The position numbers and the translations under genes were made by a program. Positions 36,540 through 46,372 of a stretch of DNA of 64,000 nucleotides are shown piece by piece. The first letter of the stretch is position 1; the number at the start of each line of letters is the position of its first letter. The stretch is taken from NCBI GenBank assembly GCA_024672315.1, contig GCA_024672315.1_4714.1. One strand, given 5' to 3'. The stretch comes from a phage. The notes under the pieces are model-generated. The model ran no database searches and was not told the DNA's origin. It saw nothing but the letters and a program-made list of their open reading frames with translations.

Positions 36540-36671
36540 GGTCTTGTCCTATACGTTGGTGGTTGAGGTGACGGATATCGGATGCGTGCTGGACGTGAAC
36601 CCTATAGTTCACGCTATCGCCATTTTCTACCTCGTTTCTATTCTCAAAAAGGAAATTTCATACGATGACGC

Positions 36672-36712
36672 CATAGCAGCTCCTCCTTCCCTGACGGGTT
36701 GGAGGAGCATAC
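36672..36712. promoter_or_regulatory. conserved GC-rich intergenic stem-loop, family copy 4
   Basis: catagca GCTCCTCC ttccctgacgggtt GGAGGAGC atac; loop identical to the reverse complement of copy 1's loop; between lipoprotein gene and 35898..36539. Confidence 0.8.
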
Positions 36713-36716
36713 TTAA

Positions 36717-37223
36717 TTACTTACTGATAACCTCAACGGAGTTGGGATCAGCGATCAATGCACGGTCGGTAGAACAATTGAAGAAGACCATCCCAACACC
36801 ATCGCCGTTCGAGTTCAGGGTTGAACTTGCGTAAGACAATGTTGGTTTGTTCATGCGGTAGAAGCGTTCGCTGGTTGCGGTATTGAACCCCAGGTCAACG
36901 TAGTCTTTCACCGTGGTATACAACTGGGTGGACTCGAAAACGGTTACCGGAGAGTCAACGGTAAACTGACTGCCTTCATCCACAACCAGAACTTTATCGT
37001 TCCAGATTTCAGTGGTTGAGAACTTCGGTTTCCAATGTTCGAATTCCTGGGTTGCGCCCCAGCAAGAATACACAGCGAGATTGCTGTTCTTCTCAACAGG
37101 TTTCAAACCCACCAGTTGCGTCAGGTCTTTATCCAGGTTCGGTAAACCTTCCAGCGTAGCACACCCACCCAGAGAAAGCACCATCAACATACCAAGAACG
37201 ATCGCGCAAAGTTTCTTCATCAT
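36717..37223 (-). CDS. putative lipoprotein
   Basis: 168 aa; N-terminus MMKKLCAIVLGMLMVLSLGGCATLEG = basic n-region, hydrophobic h-region and lipobox-like LGGC; AAGGAA RBS; immediately downstream of the tail-fibre gene. Confidence 0.7.
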   Translation of the reverse strand: MMKKLCAIVLGMLMVLSLGGCATLEGLPNLDKDLTQLVGLKPVEKNSNLAVYSCWGATQEFEHWKPKFSTTEIWNDKVLVVDEGSQFTVDSPVTVFESTQLYTTVKDYVDLGFNTATSERFYRMNKPTLSYASSTLNSNGDGVGMVFFNCSTDRALIADPNSVEVISK

Positions 37224-37277
37224 CGGATTTCCTTATGTGTTAACGGAAGTGATTTCCATAAGAATAATCGTCCGATG

Positions 37278-40200
37278 TTAATATCCCTGGTTTGTAGCTC
37301 CTGCTGTACCTGCGAACTTCAGCCATTGCCCTTCCGGCGACAATGCGCTCCGATAATGATACACTACAATCATATTTGTCAAACCGCTATAATCTGCTTT
37401 ATGTTGCGTAGTAATACGTATCGTATAATCCAACCCGTTAGGGAAGTTGAATACTTCAATGATCGTACCGGCGAGCTGGAGAGCACCGAACCCGGTGATT
37501 GTTCCTGTGCTTCCGGCGTTCATGCCCATCGCATCGCCGAATCCAATCCAGTAGCGTTTCCGAAACGCACCTTCGCTTTTCAGATAGTTGATGAAGTCAC
37601 TAAACGACATGTTCATACCACCAGATGAAAGCGTGGATGTTTTAATCGCCATGTTAGGGATATCGCTACTGGATGCTTTATATCCTAATTTCGTATCGAT
37701 TTCTGACTTCGTATACGTAGACAGATCCGCCGCAGTTAACGTGATATTCGCCGAACCATCGAACGCTTTCCCGTTGATCGTACGCGCAGTCCGCAACTTC
37801 GTTGCCGTTGCTGCGTTTCCTGAAGTATTCTGATTACCAGCGGTGTTGACACCTGGTAGGTTAATATTAGCGCTGCCGTCAAAAGACACTCCGCCTATTG
37901 TCCGGGCCGTCTTTAACTTGGTCGCTGTCGCCGCATTTCCTGTGGTATCTTGGTTACCTGTGGTATTAACACCAGGTAAGTTGATGTTTGCTGTACCGTT
38001 GAATGATACCCCACCTATCGTTCTTGCCGTTTGAAGCCTTGTCGCTGAAGCGGCATTACCCGTCGTGTTTTGGTTACCTGTTGCATTCACACCCGGGATA
38101 CTATCCTTAGATGTGTAAATCTGTGCCCATTCCGACCATTTCGCATCGGTTGTATCGCGACGTGAACGTAAATAAGCTGGAGCGTGCGCGCCCGAGGTAC
38201 CCGACCATCCAATGAGGATTTCACCTTCACCAACCGATGAAGCACCTTTAAGATGAACAATGTTACCGTAGGCTGTAGGGTATCCGTTATTGTACACTTC
38301 ATACATCTGAATACCCGTATTGCTGCCCTGGGTCGCATTAGCTAAAGCGGTGACCCGTCCCTTGGAAGCGAGCACGTTAATGCTAAAGCTAATATCAGTT
38401 GTACCGTCAAAGGCGACCCCATTAATCCTCCGCGCCGTTTGGAGTTTCGTGGCAGTAGCCGCATTACCAGAGGTACTCTGATTACCCGCTTTGTTCACAC
38501 CCGGTAAATCAATGTTGGCGGTCCCATCAAAGGACACACCCCCTATGGTTCTCGCCGTCCGAAGTTTTGTTGCTGAACCAGCGTTTCCGGAAGTGCTTTG
38601 ATTCCCCGACGCGTTGACACCCGGTAGGTTAATGCTCGCAGAACCATCAAAAGAAACTCCGCCGATCGTGATCGGTGTTTGCAGCTTCGTGGCTGTCGCA
38701 GCATTACCCGTCGTATTCTGATTGCCAACCGCATTAACGCCTGGTAATGCGATATCGGCCGTACCATCGAACGCAACACCACCGATTTTACGGGCGGTCT
38801 GTAGCTTGGTCGCTGTCGCCGCGTTGCCGCTGGTATTTTGCGTGCCCGCTTCATTTACGCCTGGTAAATCAATGTTCGCAGTACCGTCAAAAGAAACACC
38901 CCCGATGGTTCTCGCGGTCTGCAACTTCGTTGCACTTCCTGCGTTTCCGCTGGTGCTTTGATTTCCCGCTGCATTAACACCTGGTAGACTGATGCTGGCT
39001 GAACCATCGAAACTCACACCACCGATCGTAACAGCGGTTTTCAATTTCGTGGCGGTTGCTGCGTTACCGGTTGTATTTTGGTTGCCTGTCGCATTCACGC
39101 CAGGTAATGCAATATCCGCTGTTCCGTCAAAGGCAACGCCACCGATTTTACGTGCAGTTTGTAGCTTGGTTGCACTAGCAGCGTTACCGCTGGTATTCTG
39201 GGTGCCCGCTTTGTTAACACCGGGGAGATCGATGTTAGCAGAACCATCGAAGCTGACGCCACCTATCGTTCTTGCGGTAGCGAGTTTAGCTGCTGTGGCT
39301 GCATTATTACCCACTTTCAGCCAATCATCCCATGGACCATCCTGGCCGTTCCATGATGCCGTTAAACTACGTACGTAAATATTGCCGGTACGTACAGTGT
39401 AACGTTGCGTTCCACCGAATTGCCCGGTTGGGAGCACTTCAATGTAACCTGCGGCGTTTGCTTCAGGGAAATTGTGGGCGATGTCCGCGTTCGTTGTTAC
39501 TGGTTTAGACCAAATACCCACAGACGCTTCGACTGGGCCGAAGGTATTCAGATTTGCGTCTATCGCCATAGCGCCATTAAATTTCAGGTATGTCTCTGAC
39601 GATAACCCGATCGTTTTAGCAAACGCAGCTTTATCTACGATATCACTACCGTTATTCCCTGCTTGCAACGCCGTCTTAGCTGCCTTTATGGTTTCGGTCA
39701 ATCCAAGATACTGTAAGATCGCATCAACGCTTCCTTTGTTTAGCAGATTCAGACCTGTTGACGTTACGTTAGTTAGTCCGATTTGGTTCCGTCCAGTAAA
39801 ATAAGGGAGTTTATTCGCTTCTGTTGTTAGGTTAGACCACGCAGTCAACAACGCGTTCAAAGGCTGTTTACCCGCCAACGCATTGGTTACTGTCGTTGCG
39901 AAATTAGGATCGTTCCCTAAAGCTTGAGCCAGCTCATTAAGCGTATTTAGCGCTTCTGGAGACGAGTCGATCAGCGATGCGATAGCGCGCATCACAAATT
40001 CCGTGTTGGCAATCTGTCGACTGCTATCGTTCTCTGCAGCCGTAGGCGCTGCCGGGATACCGGTGAACACGGGGCTATTAAGATCTGCCTTGAGCGCGAT
40101 GAGACGTTTAAGTGCGTCGACATCGACTTTCAGGTTTTCCCACCCGATGAGAGAACCACCACTGCTGGCATGATAACGGTTATACCAGAAGTCACCGTTA

Positions 40201-41057
40201 ATGCCTAAAAAGAATATTCCCTTCTCTTCGTTTTGTGGGCCAGAACTGTTCCGTGACGAGCTGATGTAATTGATTTCAATAAGACCGGTAAACGTCACTC
40301 CTGGAATTATTTTATTGTCTCCAGCTGACTGTGATACCTGGTAAATCCCCGGGGTTGCGGCTTTAACCCATGTTAAGAATTCTGTTACTCCAGCGGTGCC
40401 GCTAAAATTCTTAACGTCGGTAAGTATTGCCCCATAACCGAACATACCGGGTAGAGCCACTCGTCCGCTGGTACGATCACGAATATCTGTTGCAACAACA
40501 GGCAATTGTTTACGAACGGCATTAACCGCTTTAGGTGTAGCCGATTTTGTCTCGTCGTCGCTATCGGTTGCATTACTTAGAATAGTTAAACCGCGCGTAG
40601 CAGTCGTTGCATCAGGAAGAAATGCGTTATCCAACACCTTAAGCTGTACTGCACTCGTATTACTAACAACGACATGCACTTGACAGTTAAGAACGCTGGT
40701 TGCGCCTTCGGCAGGCGTAGGCTTATATCTTTCTGGTGCACTGCAGACGGCAATCAGAACACCTTGGTCATCATACAGACCGATCTCACGTACCCAGAAC
40801 CCACCTTGACCAGCAGGAATAATACCCTCAACGATAATCCTGGTTGTGCTGTCACCATCCGCATGGATATTAGAAACTTCCCCACGATAAACTTCGTGAA
40901 CAAGCGCTGTTTGGCTGGCGGTCGGAGTTGGGATCGAGCCGTTACCATCACCAACGGCAAAGTGTGTGATTTTTAGTTTCTCACCGTCGGGAAGTAACGC
41001 GGCGGTGATACGTTCTGCTCCTTTATCGGTAACTACCGTTATATATGCTGTACTCAT
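37278..41057 (-). CDS. tail fibre protein
   Basis: 1259 aa; N-terminus (..FAVGDGNGSIP..ALVHEVYRG..GGFWVREIGLYDDQGVLIAV..YKPTPAEG..ATPKAVNAV) matches the conserved N-terminal domain of P2 gpH-type tail fibres (from memory); about ten tandem 40-aa repeats of type ATKLQTARTIGGVSFDGSANIDLPGVN..GNQNTSGNA. Confidence 0.9.
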   Translation of the reverse strand: MSTAYITVVTDKGAERITAALLPDGEKLKITHFAVGDGNGSIPTPTASQTALVHEVYRGEVSNIHADGDSTTRIIVEGIIPAGQGGFWVREIGLYDDQGVLIAVCSAPERYKPTPAEGATSVLNCQVHVVVSNTSAVQLKVLDNAFLPDATTATRGLTILSNATDSDDETKSATPKAVNAVRKQLPVVATDIRDRTSGRVALPGMFGYGAILTDVKNFSGTAGVTEFLTWVKAATPGIYQVSQSAGDNKIIPGVTFTGLIEINYISSSRNSSGPQNEEKGIFFLGINGDFWYNRYHASSGGSLIGWENLKVDVDALKRLIALKADLNSPVFTGIPAAPTAAENDSSRQIANTEFVMRAIASLIDSSPEALNTLNELAQALGNDPNFATTVTNALAGKQPLNALLTAWSNLTTEANKLPYFTGRNQIGLTNVTSTGLNLLNKGSVDAILQYLGLTETIKAAKTALQAGNNGSDIVDKAAFAKTIGLSSETYLKFNGAMAIDANLNTFGPVEASVGIWSKPVTTNADIAHNFPEANAAGYIEVLPTGQFGGTQRYTVRTGNIYVRSLTASWNGQDGPWDDWLKVGNNAATAAKLATARTIGGVSFDGSANIDLPGVNKAGTQNTSGNAASATKLQTARKIGGVAFDGTADIALPGVNATGNQNTTGNAATATKLKTAVTIGGVSFDGSASISLPGVNAAGNQSTSGNAGSATKLQTARTIGGVSFDGTANIDLPGVNEAGTQNTSGNAATATKLQTARKIGGVAFDGTADIALPGVNAVGNQNTTGNAATATKLQTPITIGGVSFDGSASINLPGVNASGNQSTSGNAGSATKLRTARTIGGVSFDGTANIDLPGVNKAGNQSTSGNAATATKLQTARRINGVAFDGTTDISFSINVLASKGRVTALANATQGSNTGIQMYEVYNNGYPTAYGNIVHLKGASSVGEGEILIGWSGTSGAHAPAYLRSRRDTTDAKWSEWAQIYTSKDSIPGVNATGNQNTTGNAASATRLQTARTIGGVSFNGTANINLPGVNTTGNQDTTGNAATATKLKTARTIGGVSFDGSANINLPGVNTAGNQNTSGNAATATKLRTARTINGKAFDGSANITLTAADLSTYTKSEIDTKLGYKASSSDIPNMAIKTSTLSSGGMNMSFSDFINYLKSEGAFRKRYWIGFGDAMGMNAGSTGTITGFGALQLAGTIIEVFNFPNGLDYTIRITTQHKADYSGLTNMIVVYHYRSALSPEGQWLKFAGTAGATNQGY
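37740..39300 (-). repeat. in-frame tandem repeats (~120 bp / 40 aa, about 10 copies in two blocks) inside the tail-fibre gene
   Basis: Repeating peptide ATKLQTARTIGGVSFDGSANIDLPGVNxxGNQNTSGNA; DNA periodicity visible (same motif recurs 120 nt apart, e.g. near 38404, 38524, 38644, 38764, 38884); blocks of ~7.5 and ~2.5 copies separated by a ~285-bp non-repeat insert (~38100..38380). Confidence 0.85.
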
Positions 41058-41063
41058 GTTGTT

Positions 41064-41591
41064 TTATCCTGGATAAATAGTGATGATATCACCAATGACG
41101 GTTGTGGCACCGGCGTAAAGATGAGCCGGAGATACATCGTGTTGGTTTGTCACAGTAAGATCCAATCGACCACGCCAAACCATGGAGGTATTCGCGATGG
41201 GGATAGAAATCTTTTTGGATATATCGTCACGAAAATCAATAACAGTGGCAAGGGTAACTGCATCAAAATCAACGTCGGGATCAAAGACGAACCCGTATTG
41301 ATCTGAAATCGCCCGAATAATCGCATGTATAGTTGTTGTCTCAACGGACTCTAAAACGATTTTTACCGGTATTCCTAAAAATGCCTTCGCGATATCGCGT
41401 CGAGCGTAAACGATAAAACTTTCACCGCACCACTTTGTTCCTTCATTTGCTGTGACGATCACTTTTGCCCTGTTAGCACCAGAACTCCCATCCAAGGTTA
41501 ATGTAAGATCGGAGCTGCTGAACACGCTACCGTTACGTTGGTTTATCAACGTAATCAGTTCGTCTTTCCATGGCGGGTAAAGTGAACGCAT
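41064..41591 (-). CDS. hypothetical protein with the shared N-terminal module (short paralog)
   Basis: 175 aa; ..FIVYARRDIAKAFLGIPVKIVLE..YGFVFDPDVDFD aligns with the N-terminus of 33263..35875. Confidence 0.7.
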   Translation of the reverse strand: MRSLYPPWKDELITLINQRNGSVFSSSDLTLTLDGSSGANRAKVIVTANEGTKWCGESFIVYARRDIAKAFLGIPVKIVLESVETTTIHAIIRAISDQYGFVFDPDVDFDAVTLATVIDFRDDISKKISIPIANTSMVWRGRLDLTVTNQHDVSPAHLYAGATTVIGDIITIYPG

Positions 41592-41697
41592 AAGCGCAAC
41601 CCTCCTCCAACAGTCAAATTAAATTGTAAAACTCCTCGAGATCAGAGTGCGATTCGAGGTAAACGTAAACAGTCCAGACGACCGCATAAAATTCCGC

Positions 41698-41755
41698 GCA
41701 TATTGCCCCTCTATCTCGCTTTGTCGAGATAGAGGGGAGGATAATACGATTATGC
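41698..41755. promoter_or_regulatory. GC-rich intergenic stem-loop (related family)
   Basis: gcatattg CCCCTCTATCTCG ctttgt CGAGATAGAGGGG aggataatacgattatgc; perfect 13-bp stem; a second perfect hairpin (ATGGGGCGG taa CCGCCCCAT, ~41774..41794) sits directly after the stop of 41798..45394. Confidence 0.8.
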
Positions 41756-41797
41756 TGCCGCACTCCAAAGTTCATGGGGCGGTAACCGCCCCATCGG

Positions 41798-44700
41798 TTA
41801 AATGGTTGGTTTTACATCACGTAATAAGGCAATATAATAGCCTAATCCTCGGAGGATCTCCCCACTCCAGAAACCAAAATACATTCCGTCTCTGCCGAGA
41901 TTAGCGCTATCTGGTGCAGGACTCCACCCACCATTCATTACGTCGTCAACAGTGTAATGGTTGATGTAGTTCTCAACGATTTCGTTATAAGCATTAACCG
42001 CAACAGAATAGCCTTTATCGTTGGGATGTCCGTACAACATTGCTAACGACGCACCCGCCAACCATAATCCCGCCATGTGACCAGTAAAGTCATTAGGGAT
42101 AAAAGCAGGGGGTTTATCCATCGGAAAATCCGTAGGGGATTGATAAGCGTTTTCCTGTTGATACGTAAACAAGAAATCGATCCAATGACTGATGTAAGTG
42201 GTTAATTTCTCAGGGACAGCCAAACCATGATCAAGCAGTCCAGCATAAAGCCTCACCGCTGAGAAGAAAGCCCTCGGCTGATAACCGGACCATGCCGTCT
42301 GATCGCCGAAGTGGTACATCGTAAAATCGTTAACTTTTGATCCGCTTGGCGCATCCCAACGATCCCACACGTACGCACTTGCCCCTGGCCCTAAAACCCC
42401 GAATTTCTGATAATACCACTGTTGTGAGTCATACCAGAAATTCACAACGTTCTGAATCATGAGGTCACGTCGTTCAGTCGGTACTTCCATATCCAGGAAG
42501 ACCCATGGATGTTGGTAGCCGGGATAAGGCTGACCACGCCAACTGTCGAACGTCGGTGCGTTAGGGATATAGTTGTTCGAGAACGGAATAATACCAGGAG
42601 TATAAGGCAGTGGGTCAAGACGTTGGTTGACAATCGTGCAATCGCCAACACGTAATGTTCCCTCTGCCTCAAAGGTTGCTTTTAACGTAAACAACATGGT
42701 ATATCCGTCATCCGTGGTGTAAGTTGACGGTGGATTGTTGATGGCGTAAAGCTTAAATACCCCTTCAGCGATATCGCTGTCGTCAGGCAAGAACAGAATT
42801 TCAGTTGAGCCATCGCCCCACACAGGTGCAGAAGGTTTAGGGTCAGTATCAGCGTGGCCCGGTTGATACCCTGAAAGCGTCCATCCGTTCACCGAAAGCG
42901 TCAACGTATTTCTTGCCGTGGTGGCCGGTAGCATATACCACCATCGCCAACCATTTGCATCTTCTACACGAACGTTGTAGTCAATCGACGCGAAATAACT
43001 GACCTGTCTTACGATCTGTTTTGCTGTTGGATTGAATTCAAATTGCCCGCCTGCTGCAGTAAGCTGCGCTTTTAGGAACAACCCATCCCAGGAATCTTCC
43101 ACCGCTTCGCTGAATTCTGTTGTGATGGCGACATCATCTTTCCAGCCGACTTTATCAGCCGATATCAACACAGAACCTGTAACAACATCACCGGTTGGTG
43201 TTGAAGCTTCATCAACCGCATCGGCAGGAATCAACGAGCCTATTTTGAAATCCCATTCTTTCGGTTCAGCGCTGGAAGGTAGTACCAGTTTGTACGTTTT
43301 GGCGTTCGCTTCGGTTTTGTCCAAAGAAAGCGATAATGAGATCTCAACCGGAATTGCAACACCTGCTGTATCTTTACCTCCGCAGGTTACACGAAGAATT
43401 GAATCACGATTGACGCGGAACGGAATGGCCTGCTGCTCAAGGTAAATTTGTGCTGAAGATGCTTGAATCACGATCCAGCCATCGGTATCACGCGTGATTG
43501 TAAACGGTGCTTTCGATGGGTATGTATACGTGTAAGCGATACCGTCGGTGTCGTAACGATCGGTTCCTTTTACCTGACGGAAGAACTTATCATTGGCGTC
43601 GATACGGGTATATTCTTCAATCGTAAACAACGATGCCTTGTACGCTTTCTGATAACGCTCCTGCTGCGTTAAACGGTATAAGGTGTAGGCTGCTTCACAA
43701 AACCACTGTTCAGCGTCTGACGCGTTTCCCATGTAGTCTCTGGTGACCGGCACCTGGATCGGTCGGTTATGCTGACATTCGTTCGTTTTGATAAGGTATC
43801 CGCCATATTCAACAGGAACACGGGGTGCCCATGCAACCAAGTAAGAACCGTTGACGGATTTATCTTTGAGTACGATAGTACCTACTTCATCGTCAGTACA
43901 CGCTTCAAGATCGTCTCCGTCAGCACTTACGTAACGTTTTGTGCGTAACGCAACTTTCTCGATAGGGAACACCGTACCCTTTGTATCCCAGTCAATTGTC
44001 CCATCATCATTGGTTTTGAACACATCCGCGTTCAAATTCTGCCAGCCGAGTTTACCCTCATAGACCTGAACAACAAGATCCATGTATTCCCCGAACGTTG
44101 GCGCACCGTGTGTTATTTTTCCGATACCGTTGGTGAATGTAACCGCTGTGTCATGGAAACCGCCATGTGTTGGGTAATCGTCTTTTGCAAGAGGATAATG
44201 GGCCAACACAGGTTGTTTACCATTAACAATCCAGTTAGCGATCCAGCGTGCTGGTGTATCCGGTGGTTCAAGGCCTGCATAGAACGCATTTATATACGCA
44301 TCGAACGATGCCTCCGCTAATGTGAGATAATGCGCTTTAAGCTTGGTATCATCCGTTGTATGACTGAATATACCCGCACCCAGAATTAACAACGACTGTC
44401 CTTCTGTTGTTGCGTCACCGTCCGGTTGTGCTTCTTGTCGTGTTGCTGCAATGAAATGACGGTTGTTTACCATGACTCCGCTTTCATTTAACACGTAATG
44501 ATCGGTTTCTGGATCGGTAAACGTTCCTGTGTTTCGGGTTAAGAATCTTGCATGACCATAACCAACGAAATTAACCGGCGACGCCGTAAGCACCCATTTA
44601 CCGATAAGTTGAGCGACGTCATTATAACGCTCCGATGCGGTGATTTGTTTCACGTACCAATCTTTACGGTTAAATGTCCAGAGCAGGAAGTAATAGGTTG

Positions 44701-45394
44701 TATTGATTTCCATCACTGGGAACGTCGGCGTTAACGGCTCCAGCGTTAAGTAGTTGCTCCAATCAATCTGTCCACCAACCACCGATGGGGTAATCTCTAA
44801 TAACTGACACCATTCATAACGGTTCGGTACACTACCGGACGTTGTTGGTAAAGGTAACTTGTATACGCCAGTACGATTCAGATCGAACGCTTTTCTAGCC
44901 GATCCTAAATCAACATAAATACTCGATGATGCGCTTGCATCAGATGCCTCCAAAGCACCTAGCGTTGACCGATACATTGAGATGAACAACGTATCTTTCC
45001 AGTAAGGGTTATCCTCGGTTGGTTCTAAAGCGATTTGTGCGGAGATGCTGTTCCATGTCCCTAACTGGTATGCTGCATTTAAAGATTCTTCCGTGAAATA
45101 ACTTTCCGCAATCGCCAGATGGAACTGTTCATTCAATAACGCGAGTGCACTGCGACCGGTAACATCCTCGTTACCGGTTTCTTTTTTCATGATCGCGCCG
45201 AACGGAAACAGTGTCGCGAATGACCGTTTTGGTTTATTAACCGTAACCGTCCCCGTGTATTTTCCAACACCATCAAGTTTTTGACTATCGCCAACAGCAG
45301 TGACTGCGATACCATCAACCGGGATATCTGTTTTATTTAGTATATTGAGTTGGTCAACCAGATCCTGCTTATCGTCAGGTAAGAATGTCGCCAT
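41798..45394 (-). CDS. large tail-associated protein (1198 aa), possible tail spike/fibre
   Basis: Long ORF in the tail-fibre cluster with AAGGTGGAG RBS; Trp/Tyr/Gly-rich C-terminal part; no motif recognised, call rests on position. Confidence 0.55.
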   Translation of the reverse strand: MATFLPDDKQDLVDQLNILNKTDIPVDGIAVTAVGDSQKLDGVGKYTGTVTVNKPKRSFATLFPFGAIMKKETGNEDVTGRSALALLNEQFHLAIAESYFTEESLNAAYQLGTWNSISAQIALEPTEDNPYWKDTLFISMYRSTLGALEASDASASSSIYVDLGSARKAFDLNRTGVYKLPLPTTSGSVPNRYEWCQLLEITPSVVGGQIDWSNYLTLEPLTPTFPVMEINTTYYFLLWTFNRKDWYVKQITASERYNDVAQLIGKWVLTASPVNFVGYGHARFLTRNTGTFTDPETDHYVLNESGVMVNNRHFIAATRQEAQPDGDATTEGQSLLILGAGIFSHTTDDTKLKAHYLTLAEASFDAYINAFYAGLEPPDTPARWIANWIVNGKQPVLAHYPLAKDDYPTHGGFHDTAVTFTNGIGKITHGAPTFGEYMDLVVQVYEGKLGWQNLNADVFKTNDDGTIDWDTKGTVFPIEKVALRTKRYVSADGDDLEACTDDEVGTIVLKDKSVNGSYLVAWAPRVPVEYGGYLIKTNECQHNRPIQVPVTRDYMGNASDAEQWFCEAAYTLYRLTQQERYQKAYKASLFTIEEYTRIDANDKFFRQVKGTDRYDTDGIAYTYTYPSKAPFTITRDTDGWIVIQASSAQIYLEQQAIPFRVNRDSILRVTCGGKDTAGVAIPVEISLSLSLDKTEANAKTYKLVLPSSAEPKEWDFKIGSLIPADAVDEASTPTGDVVTGSVLISADKVGWKDDVAITTEFSEAVEDSWDGLFLKAQLTAAGGQFEFNPTAKQIVRQVSYFASIDYNVRVEDANGWRWWYMLPATTARNTLTLSVNGWTLSGYQPGHADTDPKPSAPVWGDGSTEILFLPDDSDIAEGVFKLYAINNPPSTYTTDDGYTMLFTLKATFEAEGTLRVGDCTIVNQRLDPLPYTPGIIPFSNNYIPNAPTFDSWRGQPYPGYQHPWVFLDMEVPTERRDLMIQNVVNFWYDSQQWYYQKFGVLGPGASAYVWDRWDAPSGSKVNDFTMYHFGDQTAWSGYQPRAFFSAVRLYAGLLDHGLAVPEKLTTYISHWIDFLFTYQQENAYQSPTDFPMDKPPAFIPNDFTGHMAGLWLAGASLAMLYGHPNDKGYSVAVNAYNEIVENYINHYTVDDVMNGGWSPAPDSANLGRDGMYFGFWSGEILRGLGYYIALLRDVKPTI

Positions 45395-45407
45395 TATTTA
45401 CTCCACC

Positions 45408-46238
45408 TTAATCGTAACTAAAATAAAGTTTGCTGCTGACGCCGCTATCGGAATGAGGTTTTAACACCAGAACAGAGCTTCCGAACGACGGAAGTATTGG
45501 AACATTTAAATCGTTTGCGTCGGCAACTTTTCCATTATAAACGACACTGGCTGTTGTGATGAGTTCCCAAGCCGAGGCATAACTCATTGAAATCAGCGAT
45601 GAGGCTAAACGGAATGCGTTGTATCCTTCGGGAGTATCTCCAACCGACATCGAACGTATCGCATCTTGCGGCGGTAAATTTAGCTTGATGCCGTATGTAC
45701 TGAATGTGTGGAAATCCCCTTGTTTACTATCTTCTGGATAATACGAGGTTAGTGGTTCTCGTACCGTAAACAGTTCGCTAATATCGGCACTTACATCTTT
45801 TCGTGCGAGGAATTGAAACGTACCGTACCACGATGCTGACGCGTCAGAAAGAACGGGAACAGATATGGTTTTCTCGCCGCTTTCAAATTTAACCTGTGAC
45901 GCTAACGCTGAAGAATCAAAGATCGTTAAATCGATCTTCAACCCATACTTCTTAAACAGCTGCGTTAAGCAGTCTGCTGTCGTCGTCTTATCAGCAACGA
46001 CAATAAAAGGTTGGTGTTTGATAAAGAGCTTATTAATATCGCGACGTTGAAGATAAACCTGTACGGGGTCTTCGACGTAGTAAACCGATTGTGGTGTGGG
46101 GGCTATAGAAAGGCGTAACCGACCTGATGCACCATACCAGGCTGGCGTTAACGTAATGTCTGACAGAGACAGCGGATGCTGGAGATAAGCGTTTATTTTA
46201 GATAACGCTTCTTCCTGCCACGATGCTTCAGGATACAT
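45408..46238 (-). CDS. hypothetical protein with the shared N-terminal module
   Basis: 276 aa; ..VQVYLQRRDINKLFIKHQPFIVV..YGLKIDLTIFD resembles the N-terminal module of 33263..35875 and 41064..41591. Confidence 0.7.
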   Translation of the reverse strand: MYPEASWQEEALSKINAYLQHPLSLSDITLTPAWYGASGRLRLSIAPTPQSVYYVEDPVQVYLQRRDINKLFIKHQPFIVVADKTTTADCLTQLFKKYGLKIDLTIFDSSALASQVKFESGEKTISVPVLSDASASWYGTFQFLARKDVSADISELFTVREPLTSYYPEDSKQGDFHTFSTYGIKLNLPPQDAIRSMSVGDTPEGYNAFRLASSLISMSYASAWELITTASVVYNGKVADANDLNVPILPSFGSSVLVLKPHSDSGVSSKLYFSYD

Positions 46239-46296
46239 ACTGACCTCATAGATGATCGTTGATAGGAAAGAAACCTAATTCATACCATGGGAACCT

Positions 46297-46351
46297 CAAA
46301 AAAAAACGAAAAATAGGAAAACGGTGTTCATCCCTAAAAAGGATGAACACC
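46297..46351 (-). terminator. rho-independent terminator candidate
   Basis: Perfect 11-bp hairpin GGTGTTCATCC ctaaaaa GGATGAACACC followed on the minus strand by GTTTTCCTATTTTTCGTTTTTTTTT; directly downstream of 46373..46948. Confidence 0.75.
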
Positions 46352-46372
46352 GTGTACCGTTATATCGAACGA

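Noticed and set aside
37740-39300. Possible CRISPR array, suggested by regular ~120-bp repeats
   Set aside because: The repeats are in-frame coding repeats of the tail fibre with no unique spacers and no cas genes nearby
37588-39378. Plus-strand ORFs (81, 63, 79, 76, 128 aa) with repetitive translations (..PPIVRAVFNLVAVAAFP..)
   Set aside because: Antisense reading of the tail-fibre tandem repeats, not genes
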